Assembly (NCBI RefSeq): GCF_902713615.1
Contig: NC_052147.1
Location: forward strand, 12,225,664 to 12,289,663
From: Scyliorhinus canicula
Lineage: Eukaryota
Reading direction: 5' to 3'
Length of the DNA stretch: 64,000 bases
A program made the position numbers and the translations under genes. The stretch's first letter is position 1. Each line of letters begins with the position of its first letter. This document shows, piece after piece, positions 48,971 through 61,649 of this stretch. A model generated the notes under the pieces. It searched no databases, was not told the DNA's origin, and worked only from the letters and a program-made list of their open reading frames with translations.

Positions 48971-49794
48971 TTAAAGGGTACAAATTAAACAGGAATTCAG
49001 ATAATATGGACAGAGAATGACAAGGTCCTGAGGTATCACCATCGAAAAGGCAAAGCAGGCATTGGAAATCAAGGAGCTGTTCCTCAGAATCTGAAGATTG
49101 TCGTCATGAAATCTATTGGAGCTTGTGTTATTGTTTCCAATGCACAGCTTTAGTTTTATGTCCTTTTTTTTATTCCGTATTGGCCTGTTTATGTGATGGC
49201 AGCATCTGCCAACCTGGAACAACTGTTAGAATGTTCCATGTCCTTGAAACGTGGCGATCCTCACAGGAGAGATTAACAATGTTGACATAGCAGATTTACC
49301 AAAATGTAATCTGCGTTTAATTGCAGGCAAGGTCTGCTTCAAGTAAATACACTCTCCTTAATTCTGAGCCACAGAGTTTGACATATCTGAAAATTTCCAC
49401 TTCCTTAGATCACTAATTTGTCACATTACTGCGTCATTTACAACGCTTAGGTTAATCGTTGCACAATTCAATTACTTGCAGCAGCGAGAATTATTCTGAC
49501 TTATCGGGAGCAGGTCGCAGACACTGGGTCACGGAATATCCTGAAAACCGCAGCAGTGATAACTATAAACCATTTGTGTTCTTTCGTGATCATCAAGGAC
49601 ACTGGAGCTCACTTGTGGCTATCATGTTCATTGACAATGCGCACTTGACTAGCAGCAGGGTAATCACCATTTTATGTTTGTTCTTACTTGTTGATTAGTA
49701 GCCAGGCTAACTGAATTTATTTTTTGCCTATATCACATCGTTGTTCTGCAGAAATTACATGGACAAGTATAATGAGTGAGCACCTCTTCTGCTG

Positions 49795-49949
49795 GTGACA
49801 CTGTAAACACAGTGATAAGGCTTCCTCTGGTCTGTATTGTGACACTGTAAACATAGCGTGAAGACTCCCTCTGGCCTGTATAGTGACACTGTAGACACAG
49901 TGATAAGACTCTCTCTGGTCTGTATTGTGACACTGTAAACACAGCGATC
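49795..49949. repeat. 44-bp tandem repeat, about 3.5 diverged units
   Basis: GTGACACTGTAAACACAGTGATAAGGCTTCCTCTGGTCTGTATT and variants at 44-bp spacing. Confidence 0.85.
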
Positions 49950-50013
49950 TTCACTTGAAACTAGCTCCACTGGGCAGGACATGTTGGCCAGAGTGCTCTG
50001 GTGATTGGCATTC

Positions 50014-50190
50014 TAATAATAATAATAACTTATTGTCACAAGTAGGCTTCAATGAAGTTACTGTGAAAAGCCCCGAGTCGCCACATTCCGGCGCCTGTTC
50101 GGGGAGGCCGGTACGGGTATTGAACCCGCGCTGCTGCCTTGTTCTGCATTACAAGCCAGCTGATTAGCCCACTGTTGTAAACCAGCCCCT
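50014..50190 (-). mobile_element. Short tRNA-head SINE with tail C
   Basis: Same tail as 4455-4632, (TTA)n end. Confidence 0.85.
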
Positions 50191-51019
50191 GCGTAGAAGA
50201 GCAATGGCTGTGGGCGGGTGATCCAATACGGGTCATTCAATCTACGGCAGCGTTTGATAGGGTGGACCTGAGAGCAGAGGCAATGTTTCCATCCGTGGGG
50301 GGGGGGAGTGTCAAAAACTAGGGGTCAACAACGTAAGACAGTCGCTGACAAATCCAAGACGGAATTCAAGAGAGACCGTCTTCCTCGGAGAGTGGAATGG
50401 TTGAGGCGAATGGGGTGGAAGCACTGAATGAGGAAGAAGGGAATTGAAGGCGGCGATGAGGAGGAATGGGGAGGAGGCTCGTGCGGAACATAAACACCGG
50501 GATTGACCTGTTTTTCTGCTGTGCACACAGTGTGATTCTATGTTACAACTGCAGATGTGAAGTCTTGTCAGCTCAGAATGTGATTTGCTCATCTTGTTGC
50601 CAAAGGGTCTGTAGCAATTTGCTTCCATTTTGCTTCCCTATATTCTCCTCCATTGAACTGGAAGTGCGCATAAGTGAACTGCAAATGCCTCCACAGCTTG
50701 GTACCCGATGTCACTCTGTATTATCAACTTTTGCCTGGCAACCCAGGAAAAGAAAGTCCAGCCTCTGTACTGTTGTGAGGCACAGTATTCACATCATATT
50801 TTATATCATGCACAGTAATTGATTGGATATTTTGTTAGTTACATTCCTCAAACCAGTAATAAACCGCTAAAGAAAATGCAGCTGTCAGAACAAAGGAACA
50901 ATTGTGAATAAATGCTTATCACTCAAATCGGGATAACTTAACCATGTGTGAATAATACCCATCGAATCATCAAAGCTGTCTATTTGGAGCTGCAATGAGT
51001 GTCACCAAGGAGTCAGAGG

Positions 51020-52280
51020 AGGAGGAAACGAGGGCAAAAACAAAAGACAGGAAGAGGAATAAAAAAAGTGATCGGCAGAGAAACCAAGGGCCAGATTCAA
51101 ACAGGGCCAGGGTGAAAAATACTGGGAGCGAGACAGTAATGTTAAAAAGACAAGCTTAAAGGCTTTGTGCCTTAACGCGCGGAGCATTCGCAATAAAGCA
51201 GATGACCCCACCGTGCAAATAGATGTAAAAGGGTACGATATGATCAGGATTACAGACATGGCTGCAGGGTGACCAGGGATTGGAGCTGAATGGACGGGGT
51301 ATTCAGTGTTTAGGAAGGACAGACAAAAAGGAAAAGGTGGTGGGGTTGCATTGTTGGGTTAATGAGGAAATTAACTGAATAATGAGTAAGGATATTAGCT
51401 CTGGCAATGCGAAATCTGTATGGGTAGAGCTGAGAAACACCAAGGGGCAAAAACATTAGTGGGCATCGTATATAAACCCCCTAACTGCAGTGGTGAAGTT
51501 GGGAATGGCATTAAACAGGAAATTTGTGCTGCATGCGCTAAAGGAACATCTGTAATTATGGGTGATTTTAATCTGTAAATAGATTGGACAAATCAAATTA
51601 GCCACAATATCAATATCAGTAGAGAAATGGTGTTCATAGAATCACAGAATCCTTATTGTGCAGAAGGAGGCTATTCGGCCCATCGAGTCTGCACCAACGC
51701 TCTGAAAGAGAACCCTACCTAGGCCCATACCCCTGCCCTATCCCCATAATCCCACCTAAACATTTGCACACAGAGGGGCAATTTAGCATGGCCAATCCAC
51801 CTAACCTGCACATCCTTGGACTGTGGGAGGAGACTCCCGGAGCACCCGGAGGAAACCCACACAGACACGGGGAGAACGTGCAGACTCCACACAGACAGTT
51901 ATCCAAGGTCGGAATTAAACTGGGGTCCCTGGCACTATAAGGCAGCAGTGTTAACCACTGTGCCACCATGTTGGGGAAATTGATAGGATTGAAGGCAGAT
52001 ATATCCCCAGGGCCTGATAATCTACATCCCAGAGTACTGAAGGAAGCGGCTCTGGAAATAGTGGATGCATTGGTGGTCACCTTCCAGGATTCTATAGACT
52101 CTGGAACAATTCCTGCAGATTGAAGGGTAGCTAATATAAACCCACTATTTAAAAAGGGAGGTAGCGAGAAAACAGGGAACTATAGACCAGTAAGTCTGAC
52201 GTCCGTAGTGGGGAAAATCCTACAACCGATTATCAAAGATTTTATAGCTGAGCACTTAAAAACAGTGACAGAGATCAATT
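51020..52280 (+). mobile_element. CR1 LINE ORF2 fragment (endonuclease joined to pre-RT), with an HE1-like SINE at 51635-51968
   Basis: ALCLNARSIRNKAD (~51163), MGDFN (51558), then SPGPD (~52004) and YRPVSLTS (52181). Confidence 0.85.
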
Positions 52281-52397
52281 TGGACGGGCAGTAGGTACTG
52301 GCCTCACCCACATCCCATGGATAAATTTAAATAAAATATGAGCCGATACACTATGGTGCTTAGAAGAATAAGAGGCCACCTTGCTGAAACACACAAG

Positions 52398-52874
52398 GGG
52401 AGCGATTCTCCGCTGCCCAGGCCGGGTGGGAGAATCGTGGGAGGGCCGCTCTGGCACCCCCCCCCCCCCCCCCCCCCCGGAGGATGGGCCGAGCGGCCTG
52501 CCGTTCCCGACCTGTTCACGCCGGCGGCAACCACACCTGATCGCTGCCGGCGTAAACACAGCGCAAATGGTGAGTATGGGGCCTGTGGGGGGCGGAGAGG
52601 GGAGCGAGCATCACGGCCCTGCTCGGGAGGGGACTGGCCCGCGATCGGTGCCCACCGATCGTCGGGCCCACGTCTGCAAGAGACGCACTCTTTCCCCTCC
52701 GCCGCCCCGCAAGATCAAGCCGCCACGTCTTGCGGGGCAGCGGAGGGGTCGCTCCTAGCCCTCTGGGGGGGGGGAGAATAGGGGGCGAGGAGCGATGAGG
52801 TGTGGCGCCTCCGACGCCGTTGTGAAACACTCCGGGTTTCACAACGGCATCGGGCGTTGCGAAGAATTCCGCCC
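52398..52874. mobile_element. PIF/Harbinger-like MITE
   Basis: GGGAGCGATTCTCCGC...GCGAAGAATTCCGCCC; exact TSD AAG (52395-52397, 52875-52877). Confidence 0.85.
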
Positions 52875-53612
52875 AAGATTCGGGAGGGGTTTGATGGGCC
52901 AAATGGTCTACTCCTCCTCCTATTTCTTTTCTCACTGACTTGGGAACGCTTGAAGGTAACAATAGGTGACAGAAATAAACAAAGAAGTTGACTGGCTGAC
53001 GTAGGTATCTCCGATATTGACAAATGCCTTTCGAAATCCCCCACCAAAAAAAATTATTTAGTGTGCAAGCGATATATCCCCTTTCCATGTATAAAGATTG
53101 CTTTCATGTTGACTGAAATTTTATTCACACGTGATGAAACATGGCGAGTGAGATGCGCAGCCGCTTGTGATGGTACTTTATTTTTCTATTCCTTCAGCTT
53201 CACTCTTGTGAAAAATTGGAGCGTTTCTGTGAAATGATGTCACATTAGTTTCAGCCTGACATCCAGTCTCCACCAACCAAAGAACCAAAGGCAAGCTAAC
53301 AGAATGCGTAGAAACTACTGTTGCCGATAAAAGCAAATGAAAGCTTGAGACATCTTGCACGACACTCATCTTGTCCTCAATTTAATTGCAAGAATTAACC
53401 TGTTTTTTTTTTATAAACAGGAGGGGCTTGAAATATTGGGATTACGTGCACCGGAGGTGTCTGAGGGTTGGCTGACTAAAGGGTTTTGGAAATTATGAAG
53501 GATTTTGAATAGCGAGAGATCATTTTGTGCTGTTGGGGAGTCAGAGGTCATCGATTTAATAGTGTCACTGAGAGAAGGTGAAAAGAGAAGAGAAATGTCC
53601 TTTTTTCATTAA

Positions 53613-53959
53613 GGGCAGCACGGTAGCATGGTGGTTAGCACAATTGCTTCACATCTCCCGTGTCCCAGGTTCGATTCCCGGCTTGGTTCACTGTCTATGC
53701 GGGTTCTGCACGTTCTCCCTGTGTCTGCGTGAGTTTCCTCCGGGTGCTCCGGTTTCCTCCCACAATCCAAAGATGTGCAGGTTAGGTGGATTGGTCACGC
53801 TAAATTGCCCTTCGTGTCCAAAATTGCCTTTAGTGTTGGGTCGGGTCATTGGGTTATGGGGAGAGGTGTGGAGGTGTGGGTTTGGGTCGGGTGCTCTTTC
53901 AAAGAGCCGGTGCAGACTCGATGGGCCGAATGGCCTCCTTCTACACTGTAAATTCTATG
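53613..53959 (+). mobile_element. HE1-like V-SINE
   Basis: Full-length head, core and tail. Confidence 0.9.
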
Positions 53960-54369
53960 AGCGAGTCATCGGAGCGTGGGATGTTTAGCCGAAAGAAACA
54001 GTCGAGATATAGACCATTACGCCATTTGAAGGAAAACTGAGTACATTTTCCCCTCTATCCTCCTGAAGCAGAAAGCAGTTACATGGCCATGTGACGATAG
54101 CAAAACACTGGGATTAACCAGGTTTCTCTGGTGAGTAGCTGGACCTGGCATGATGAATCCTATGGTCTCTCTTCTATCCTGTAGAGTTCAGGATTTCTTT
54201 GATATTCAAGCAGAGAAAAGGATGTGACATGAATGTAATAGATGAAGCCATTTGTGTTGCGTATTTTATAAATTTAATTTGCCTCACATAAATGCAGATT
54301 TGACACCTGTATCTAAGTGCACGGAACTTTAGTTACAGAGTTTTATGCAATGCTTTAAAATGTCTACTC

Positions 54370-54825
54370 ATAAGTTCAGGAGATATAGGAGCAAGATTAG
54401 GCCATTCGGCCCATCGAGTCTGCTCCGCCATTCTATCAAGTCTGATATGTTCCTCATCTGCCACCTACAGTGGCACAGACCAAGAGCTGGATTGTGAAAT
54501 TAGCCAGAGCATCTCCTCCCTAGAACACATGACCCAGGAGCGGGAATTGGCAATTTAGCCTCCCAAGCCTAACACCCTCAATGTGATCATGGCTGATCCC
54601 ATCCTGGCCTCAACTCCCACCGTCCTGCCCGTTCTCCATAACCCTTCACCCCCATTACCGATTAAAAGTCTGTCTAATCCTCCTTAAATTTACTCAATGT
54701 CCCAACATCCACCGCACTCTGGGGTGGCGAATTCCACAGATTCATAACCCTTTGGGAGAAGTAGTTTTTCCTCAAATTTGTTTTTAATTTGCTACCTCTT
54801 ATTCTAAGATCATGACCTCCACCCA
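54370..54825 (-). mobile_element. CR1 LINE 3' fragments
   Basis: ATAGGAGCAAGATTAGGCCATTCGGCCCATCGAG tail and GAATTCCACAGATTCATAACCCTTTG. Confidence 0.7.
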
Positions 54826-55109
54826 TCCAGCTCAACTTTCAGTTGCTCCTGTGTTGATCTCTGAGTCAACATCCAAGCTAAACCAATCGAACACTGTGAG
54901 CAATGATCAGTTACCAGACTCACTAATCAAATACAGGGCAATTGAAGAATTGAACATCACAATTTGCATCGTATAATGCAGGAGTGGTGTTCCAGCATTT
55001 TTTTTACAAAATTAGAAAAGTAACCTGTATTCCACTTGCATCGCCTTTATTTTCCAAAATATAATTAGCATTTTCCCTCATCTGATTTCCTGTCTTCCTC
55101 CTATCTTCC

Positions 55110-55912
55110 TCATCTGTAATCTGGTTGCTGTTGTCGGAGCTTGCTGGGTGCAATGGAATTCAATCCGGATAAGCGTGAGGTGGTGTTCATGGGCAGGACA
55201 AACGATGCATGGGAATATACAATAAACAGCAGGATCCTGGAAGCACCAAGGATCAGAGGGATCCTGGTGTGCATGTATACCGATCCCTTAAAGTAGCAGA
55301 GCCGGTGGATACAGTGGTTGCCTTTCTTAACCGAGGCGTCGAGTAGGAGGTTATGCTAGAACTGTTTAAAACGTTGGTTAAGTCACAGCTAGAGTATTGT
55401 GTGCGATTCTGGAATCCACATTATAGTGAGGGGGGCGGGGGGGGGGGGGGGGGTGGAAGCGGTGATGTGATAGCGCTGGAAAGGGTGCAGAGGAGATTTA
55501 CCAGGCTGTTGCATGGGCTGGAGGGTTTGAGTTATGAAGAGAGACTGGACACAGAAGTTACGAAGAGAGACTGCCAAGAACACACTTCCTGAAAGAGTGG
55601 TGGAGGCAGAGACCCTCGTAACATTCAAGAAGTATTTAGATGTGCATTTGGGATGCGACAAAGCATTCAAGACCATGGGCCAAGTGCTGGAAAATGGGAT
55701 TAGAATGGTTAGATGGTTATTTTTGACCTTGATACAATGGGCTGAAGGGCCTTTTCTGTGCTGTAGACCTTGGTCACTCTATGACTCTATAAATTGGCGG
55801 CTGCATTTCCCACATTACAGCAATGACTGCACTTCAAAGTTGAGACTTTCCATTGGCTACAAAGGGAATTAGGAAGCGAGAAAAAGGCAGTAGATAAATA
55901 CAACTTCTTTCT
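55110..55912 (+). mobile_element. Deu-domain SINE remnant split by a CR1 fragment (about 55152-55790)
   Basis: GGAGCTTGCTGGGTGCAA and AAATTGGCGGCTGCATTTCCCACATTACA rejoin to the Deu consensus; insert encodes LEYCVRFWNPHY...LERVQRRFTRLL. Confidence 0.7.
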
Positions 55913-56841
55913 TCCGGACTTCTTCAAACCGCTCAGCTTCCAAACTATTGCTGTCCTGCGCCCTGTGATGTGCGCAGGGCATGGGGGATAGGAATCAGTC
56001 AGTGATTATAACCCATTACAGATCGGTCTGTAAGTAAACAGGAATGATGTTTAATGAGGACTCGCAATCAGAACTGATCTTTAAAATGGACCATTCAGGT
56101 CGCTGGCCAATCTATGCATCTGTGAGCACATTTCCCAAAGAATTACCTTCATAAAAGAGTGACCTCTTGGTGTGTGGTTCTGCATTATCTATGACGAAAG
56201 CTGATGTTTGCAAGTGTACAGTAAATTACAACCTCAATCATACTACACTGATGCAGTCAGTCATTGCAAGGTGCCAAGAACCAGTATCTCTGGGAAGAAG
56301 AAATGGGGGAGTTGGGGGTGTGTGGGGTGGTAGTTATAAATACCTGTCAAGCTCATTACTATAATTTTATAGCTGAGTTCACAATAATAGAAAAATTGTG
56401 ACAAAGGGATGCATTCGCAATATGATGTTCTGAATTGCACCGCTCGAGTGTCCCTCTTTATCTCTCTCTCACACACGCACACTCGCTCTCTTCAAAATCA
56501 GAATTCTATTCATGTAAATCACTCCTCGGATTTTGGCTGGTGAAAAAAAAAAGACAAGAGATAATGATTCATAATTACAAGTAATAGCAGCCAAAGTGGG
56601 GAACAAGTGAGTTAAATTGCAGCCTGCTCCCACTGGATCCCACAGCGAGGGGTCTAAGCGAGTCAGCTGGAACTACCCAAAGCCTTTGATCAAACTCCCT
56701 TGTGATTCTGTTTCAGGTTTCCAGGCGGCCATTCACACCACGCACAGTCCTGGCTGGAAACAGGGATAGTCACCAAAGGAAGACGGGATACAAATAGTCA
56801 CTTCGCAGTGCGGAACATGGGCACTGGCGAAAAAGAAGAGA

Positions 56842-56880
56842 CATGTCGAAGCTTTTCGTCTTCCACTCATCAGGGCACAT
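56842..56880 (-). ncRNA. Minimal type I hammerhead ribozyme motif (family P2, intact core)
   Basis: Minus strand UGCC-CUGAUGA-GU-GGAAG-AC-GAAA-AGCU-UC-GACA; one mismatch in stem I relative to the UGUC/GACA of sister copies. Confidence 0.6.
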
Positions 56881-56989
56881 CGCAGGAATTCCAATCTGTT
56901 CCCAACTCGCTGCGACCCCACGCTGTGGGCTCAAGTGGCTCCAATTCAACTCACTTGTCCCCCCCTCTCTGGCCGCCATTACTGGTCGC

Positions 56990-57085
56990 TTTCCCCCTTA
57001 TGTCAGTATTCTTGCCAAGTGTCCTGCTAAGTGCAAAATGAAAAGCTTTGACAGGTCTCTTTATTTGCAGCAATACCAAAGGAAG
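56990..57085 (+). mobile_element. Family P2 fragment, inverted relative to 56810-56900
   Basis: TGTCCTGCTAAGTGCAAAATGAAAAGCTTTGACAGGTCTCT. Confidence 0.55.
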
Positions 57086-58314
57086 AAGGGGGCTGGGTGC
57101 TTCCTAACCGCTGCCAGGCCCCCACAACTGCAGCGCAGAAAGACCGAGCACTTTATGCTCACCAGCTAAGGACTGAGCTGAACCGACGCCGAAAGACCTT
57201 CCTCCCACCTCCATCCACCCCACCCATTCCCGTTGGAAAACTTAGAAAAACACACACAGTAATCTTAAACATTCCTTTGTTTTTCACCTGAGTCGCTGTC
57301 AGACTGAATTACCCTCCAATTGCTGGAATCCCAGGTCGATCCTTGACAGCGCTGTCTCCAAAAGTTACCCGATACCTCTTTGAAACTGCCTTAAACCCCA
57401 CAAAGATGCAAGCATTTTTTTCTCAAAGAAAATTCTTGCTGCAGTAAAAGCCCTTTCTTCCCTGACAGTTTCCCAAAAAACTGAAAAATTATATTATACA
57501 TATATTGTACAAGTAACAGGTCGATCGTGAAATTGTTAATAATAACAGGGAAGGGAGAGAGAGAGAGAGACAACTTCCGATCGTCAGCTGCAAAGATTCT
57601 AACAGCAGTTTCCGCAGTACTTGCAAGAAATGCAAATTGAAGCTAAGTGCGAAGGAAATAGGGGGAAGAAATCTCCAGGACCCTGCAAAACTGGAGGATT
57701 TCGAACGCGACAGACGAGTACCAGTGTATTCTTAGCAAGTGTGTGATGTTGGACATGCCTCAGTTGTTACCATTCACGCCTCTGGGTGCTGAGCACCGAG
57801 GGAGTGCTGCACCGTAGGCAGTGATGTCTTTCGGAGGAGATGCTAAGCCAAGGCTGTTGTATATTTTACGCCTCACAGAGCAGTGCAGGGATGACGCTAG
57901 CTTCTAAATGTGCAACATGTTTATTTACAAGGGCTTTAAAATATCTCCGCAATCTCAAAAGGTCTGCGCCAGCTTGAGGTGTGAGTAGCTTCTGTGGCGT
58001 CTTGTTTGATTTGCTGAGTCCACACCCAGACTTAACCAATCGTGCACTGTGAGCACAGATCAGTTATCAGACTAGCATAGTCAAACACAGAACACTTGAA
58101 CCATTAAGCACTACAGAGGCTCCATCTGCCCACTCAAGTGGACATCAATTATCTCATTGCACTACGTTTCACAGTAACTTCATTGCTGTGTTAATGTATG
58201 CTTACTTGTGACAGTAAAGATTGTTTTTATTATTATTACGAAGAAGAGCACCACTTGGTGTCCTGGCCAATGTTCATCCCTCAACCACCAACACATCAAA
58301 ACAAAGCTATGTGT

Positions 58315-58780
58315 TTACCATTGAAGGTTTGTCTTAGGAGGAAAGACTGAGGAGATTCAGCCGATATTTATTGGAGTTTAGAGGTGACCTACTTGAAACA
58401 TATCAGATTCTGAGAGATTCTGAGCAAAAGCATCCCCGCCCCCACTCCCGCAACCTGGTGGGGAAGTCTAGAAGGAGGGGGCACAGTTTCAGAATAAAGG
58501 AACTCCCATTTAAGACAAGAATAAGGAGGAACGTTTCTTTCTCAGAAAGTCGTTGCTGTTTGGACTTCTCTTCCCCAGAAAGGCGTGGGGGCAATGTCAT
58601 TGAACATATTCAAGGCTAAGTTAGACAGGGCATTCATTGATCTGTAAGGGAGTCGAGCGTTATGTGCGGGGCAGTCAAGAAAGTGGAGCTGACGCTATGC
58701 CCGGATCATCCATGATCTTATTGAACGGCGCAGCAGGCTCGAGGGAGCGAATGGACATTCCTGCTCCTTTGTTTTCATGT
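58315..58780 (+). mobile_element. Degraded CR1 LINE 3' fragment
   Basis: EFRGDLLETYQILR...GHSFRIKELPFKTRIRRN (ORF 58371-58619). Confidence 0.75.
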
Positions 58781-59593
58781 GTTTATGTCTCACATTATTG
58801 TTCTGGGAGCTGGTTTTGAGCAAACTGGCTGTCACCTTTATTTATTTTATTATTTTATTTGCTACATTACGCCAGTTGCTACACTTCAGGAGTTACCGCA
58901 TTGGCTTACTTTGTTGCATTCAGTACTTAGGTTGTACTTAGGACTACAGGTGGTATCAAGTTTCTGGTGAATCCCTCGATGAATATGGACATTGGTGAGG
59001 GGATCTCATAGCCATTTGCGGATTTCACACATCAAGGGCGGGATTCTCCCGCAACTGGACGGATGGCCCGATGCCGGCGCCAAGAGTGGCGTGAACCACT
59101 CCGGCGTCAGGAAGTTGCGGAATCCTCCGTTTCACACTGGACAAAGGGGAAAATCAAAACTCAATGGCCACCACCAACTTCCCATTGTATCACGATTGAC
59201 TCCTACATCTAAACTGGACTGAATGGACCTCATACATGTTAACCCAGAGGTCATTTGATCACAACGGTTTTCCACGACTGCACCGTCATTACTGCAGGCC
59301 CCGACAGATTCATTACTACCATCAGTCACTGCCGGTTCGGAGAACCAGAGCCCAAAACTAGCTGCCGGTCATCAAGCAGCCAAAGTACAAAACCTGTCCC
59401 AGTTTCAATGTTTACCTGAGAACCAGCCTCATAGATATTCGACTGCCAAGAAACTTTGCAACCTGTCGTGAATCCTTCCTTTTACAAGTCCCTCATTTCA
59501 ATTTTAAACCACGGAATCCATTCATGAAGCCACAGGAGAGATTGGGAATCATGAATCGGAGACTGAATTAACTCTAATCTGTAAAAATGCACT

Positions 59594-59781
59594 GGGCTGG
59601 ATTCTCCATCGGCAGAATCCTCCGTTTCACTCGCTGCGTACTCACACCCGTGGATTTCCTGAAGGCGTGGGCGTGCCCACAATGGGAAACCCCATTGGCT
59701 GGCTGCCGGGACAGAGAATCCTGCTGCCGGCGGGGAAGCACCACAGCAGAAAAAGGGTGTGGCAGGATGGAGAATCCCACA
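59594..59781. mobile_element. Short MITE of the Harbinger-like TIR class
   Basis: GGGCTGGATTCTCCATC...GATGGAGAATCCCAC; CCCACAATGGGAAACCCCATTG shared with 8124-8290. Confidence 0.7.
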
Positions 59782-60263
59782 TCCTGTCTTTATCAGTATC
59801 CAGTCAGTATGTGGATATGTGTGTGTGCATGCATATTCATGTGTGTGCGCTTGTGTCCTTGTGTACGTGTGCACATGTGTGTGTGCATATGCGTGCATGT
59901 GTGTGTGTTTGTGCACGTGGCTGAGTATGTGATTTTGCATTTAGGGTAAGTATATAAGAATAAATAATCTTCATTATTTTAAACTCACAAAAGCTTGCTG
60001 CTGAATTAATTAATTGGAACACACCCTCCAAAAGCAAGAAGAAATATGCCTTTCCCATATAAAATATACCGATTGGAGGCAGTAAGAGAGAAGATACCTT
60101 CTACTTGTGATATGAGTGAAATTCTTATCATCACCTGAATTGTTCAGCCATACTGCCCAATCGCAGAATCACATCTTACATTAGCCATTATACCCCGAGT
60201 TTTGGAATTTCCAGTTCCATTTTCTTGAGGCCGTAGACACCATCTCTAAAGGCATCAACACTT

Positions 60264-60596
60264 GGGGCAGCACGGTAGCACAAGTGGCTAGCACTGAGGT
60301 TTCGCAGCGCCAGGGTGCCAGGTTCGATTCCCGGCTTGGGTCACTGTCTGTGCGGAGTCTGCACGTTCTCCCCGTGTCTGCGTGGGTTTCCTCCGGGTGC
60401 TCCGGGATCCTCCCACAGTCCAAAGCCGAGCAGGTTGGGTGGATTGGCCATGTCAAATTGCCCTTAGTGACCAAAAAGGTTAGGATGGGTTATTGGGTGA
60501 CGGGGATAGGGTGGAAGTTGGGGCTTAAGTGGGTCGGTGCAGACTCGATGGGCCGAATGGCCTCCTTCTGCACTGTTTGTTCTATGTTCTATGTTC
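60264..60596 (+). mobile_element. HE1-like V-SINE
   Basis: Full-length, (GTTCTAT)n end. Confidence 0.9.
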
Positions 60597-60829
60597 CAGC
60601 CAGTGGTGCAGTCTTGCACTTGCCAACGTTCCACACACCCCTCAGCAATGTGTGTGAGTTAGAGAGTCAGTGTACCGACCTGTGCAGTCCTGTGCCATAC
60701 AGATAAAGCAGGGTCTGTATTCAGTTAGCTAATCTTCAGGAGCAGCATGCACGGTGTTGCATTTGAAACCGGGCCCTCCTCAACCAGGAAGCATGCAAAT
60801 CATTCTGGGCTCCTGGTTGTTACCCAATG

Positions 60830-60970
60830 ACAACAAAGAACAAATAACAAAGAAAAGTACAGCACAGGAACAGGCCCTTCGGCCCTCCAAGCCCGTGCCG
60901 ACCATGCTGCCCGACTAAACTGCAATCTTCTACACTTCCTGGGTCCGTATCCCTCTATTCCCAACCTATC
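60830..60970 (-). mobile_element. CR1 LINE 3' end, tail-B type
   Basis: GTACAGCACAGGAACAGGCCCTTCGGCCCTC is close to the reverse complement of the tail of the SINEs at 9534 and 29390. Confidence 0.7.
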
Positions 60971-61226
60971 CTGGCGGAAATTCCAGGTCTATGAGCCAAG
61001 CGCTGAAAAATAGGATGTGCGTAGCCAGATCTTTGTTGACCGGCGTGGTCACGATGGGCCGAATGGCCTCCCTCTGTGCTGTAAAATCATCTATCAATCG
61101 AGACATCTCTACGTTGAGAATGTGTGTATCCGTGGGTCTGGGGGGGGGCAGCAGTCTGATGCGGTCTGGACTTTCCTGTACATCCTTAAATAGAAATGGT
61201 GCTTACCTATAGGGAGTGGGGGGGGG

Positions 61227-61259
<33 letters not shown>

Positions 61260-61287
61260 GGTGGGGGGGGTGTGCTGTGAAAGTCAA

Positions 61288-61649
61288 CAGAATCATAGAA
61301 TCATACAATTTACAGTGTAGAAGGCGGCCATTCATCCCATCGAGTCCGCACCGGCCCTTGGAAAGAGCACCCTAATTAAGCCCACGACTCCGCCCTATCC
61401 CCGTAACCCAGAAGCCCCACCTAATCTTTCGGACACTCAGGGGCAATTTAGCATGGCCGATCCACCTAACCACATCTGTGGGAGGAAAGCGGAGCACCCC
61501 CGGAGGAAACTCACACAGACACGGGGAGAAAGTGCAAACTCCACACACATACACACACACACACACACACAGAGTCACCCAAAGCCGGAATTCAACCCGG
61601 GTCCCTGGAGCTGCGTGGCAGCAGTGCTAACCACTGCGCCACCATGCCG
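61288..61649 (-). mobile_element. HE1-like V-SINE containing a (CA)n microsatellite (about 61542-61571)
   Basis: Head, core and tail; the CCACACAGAC site is expanded to (CA)n. Confidence 0.88.
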
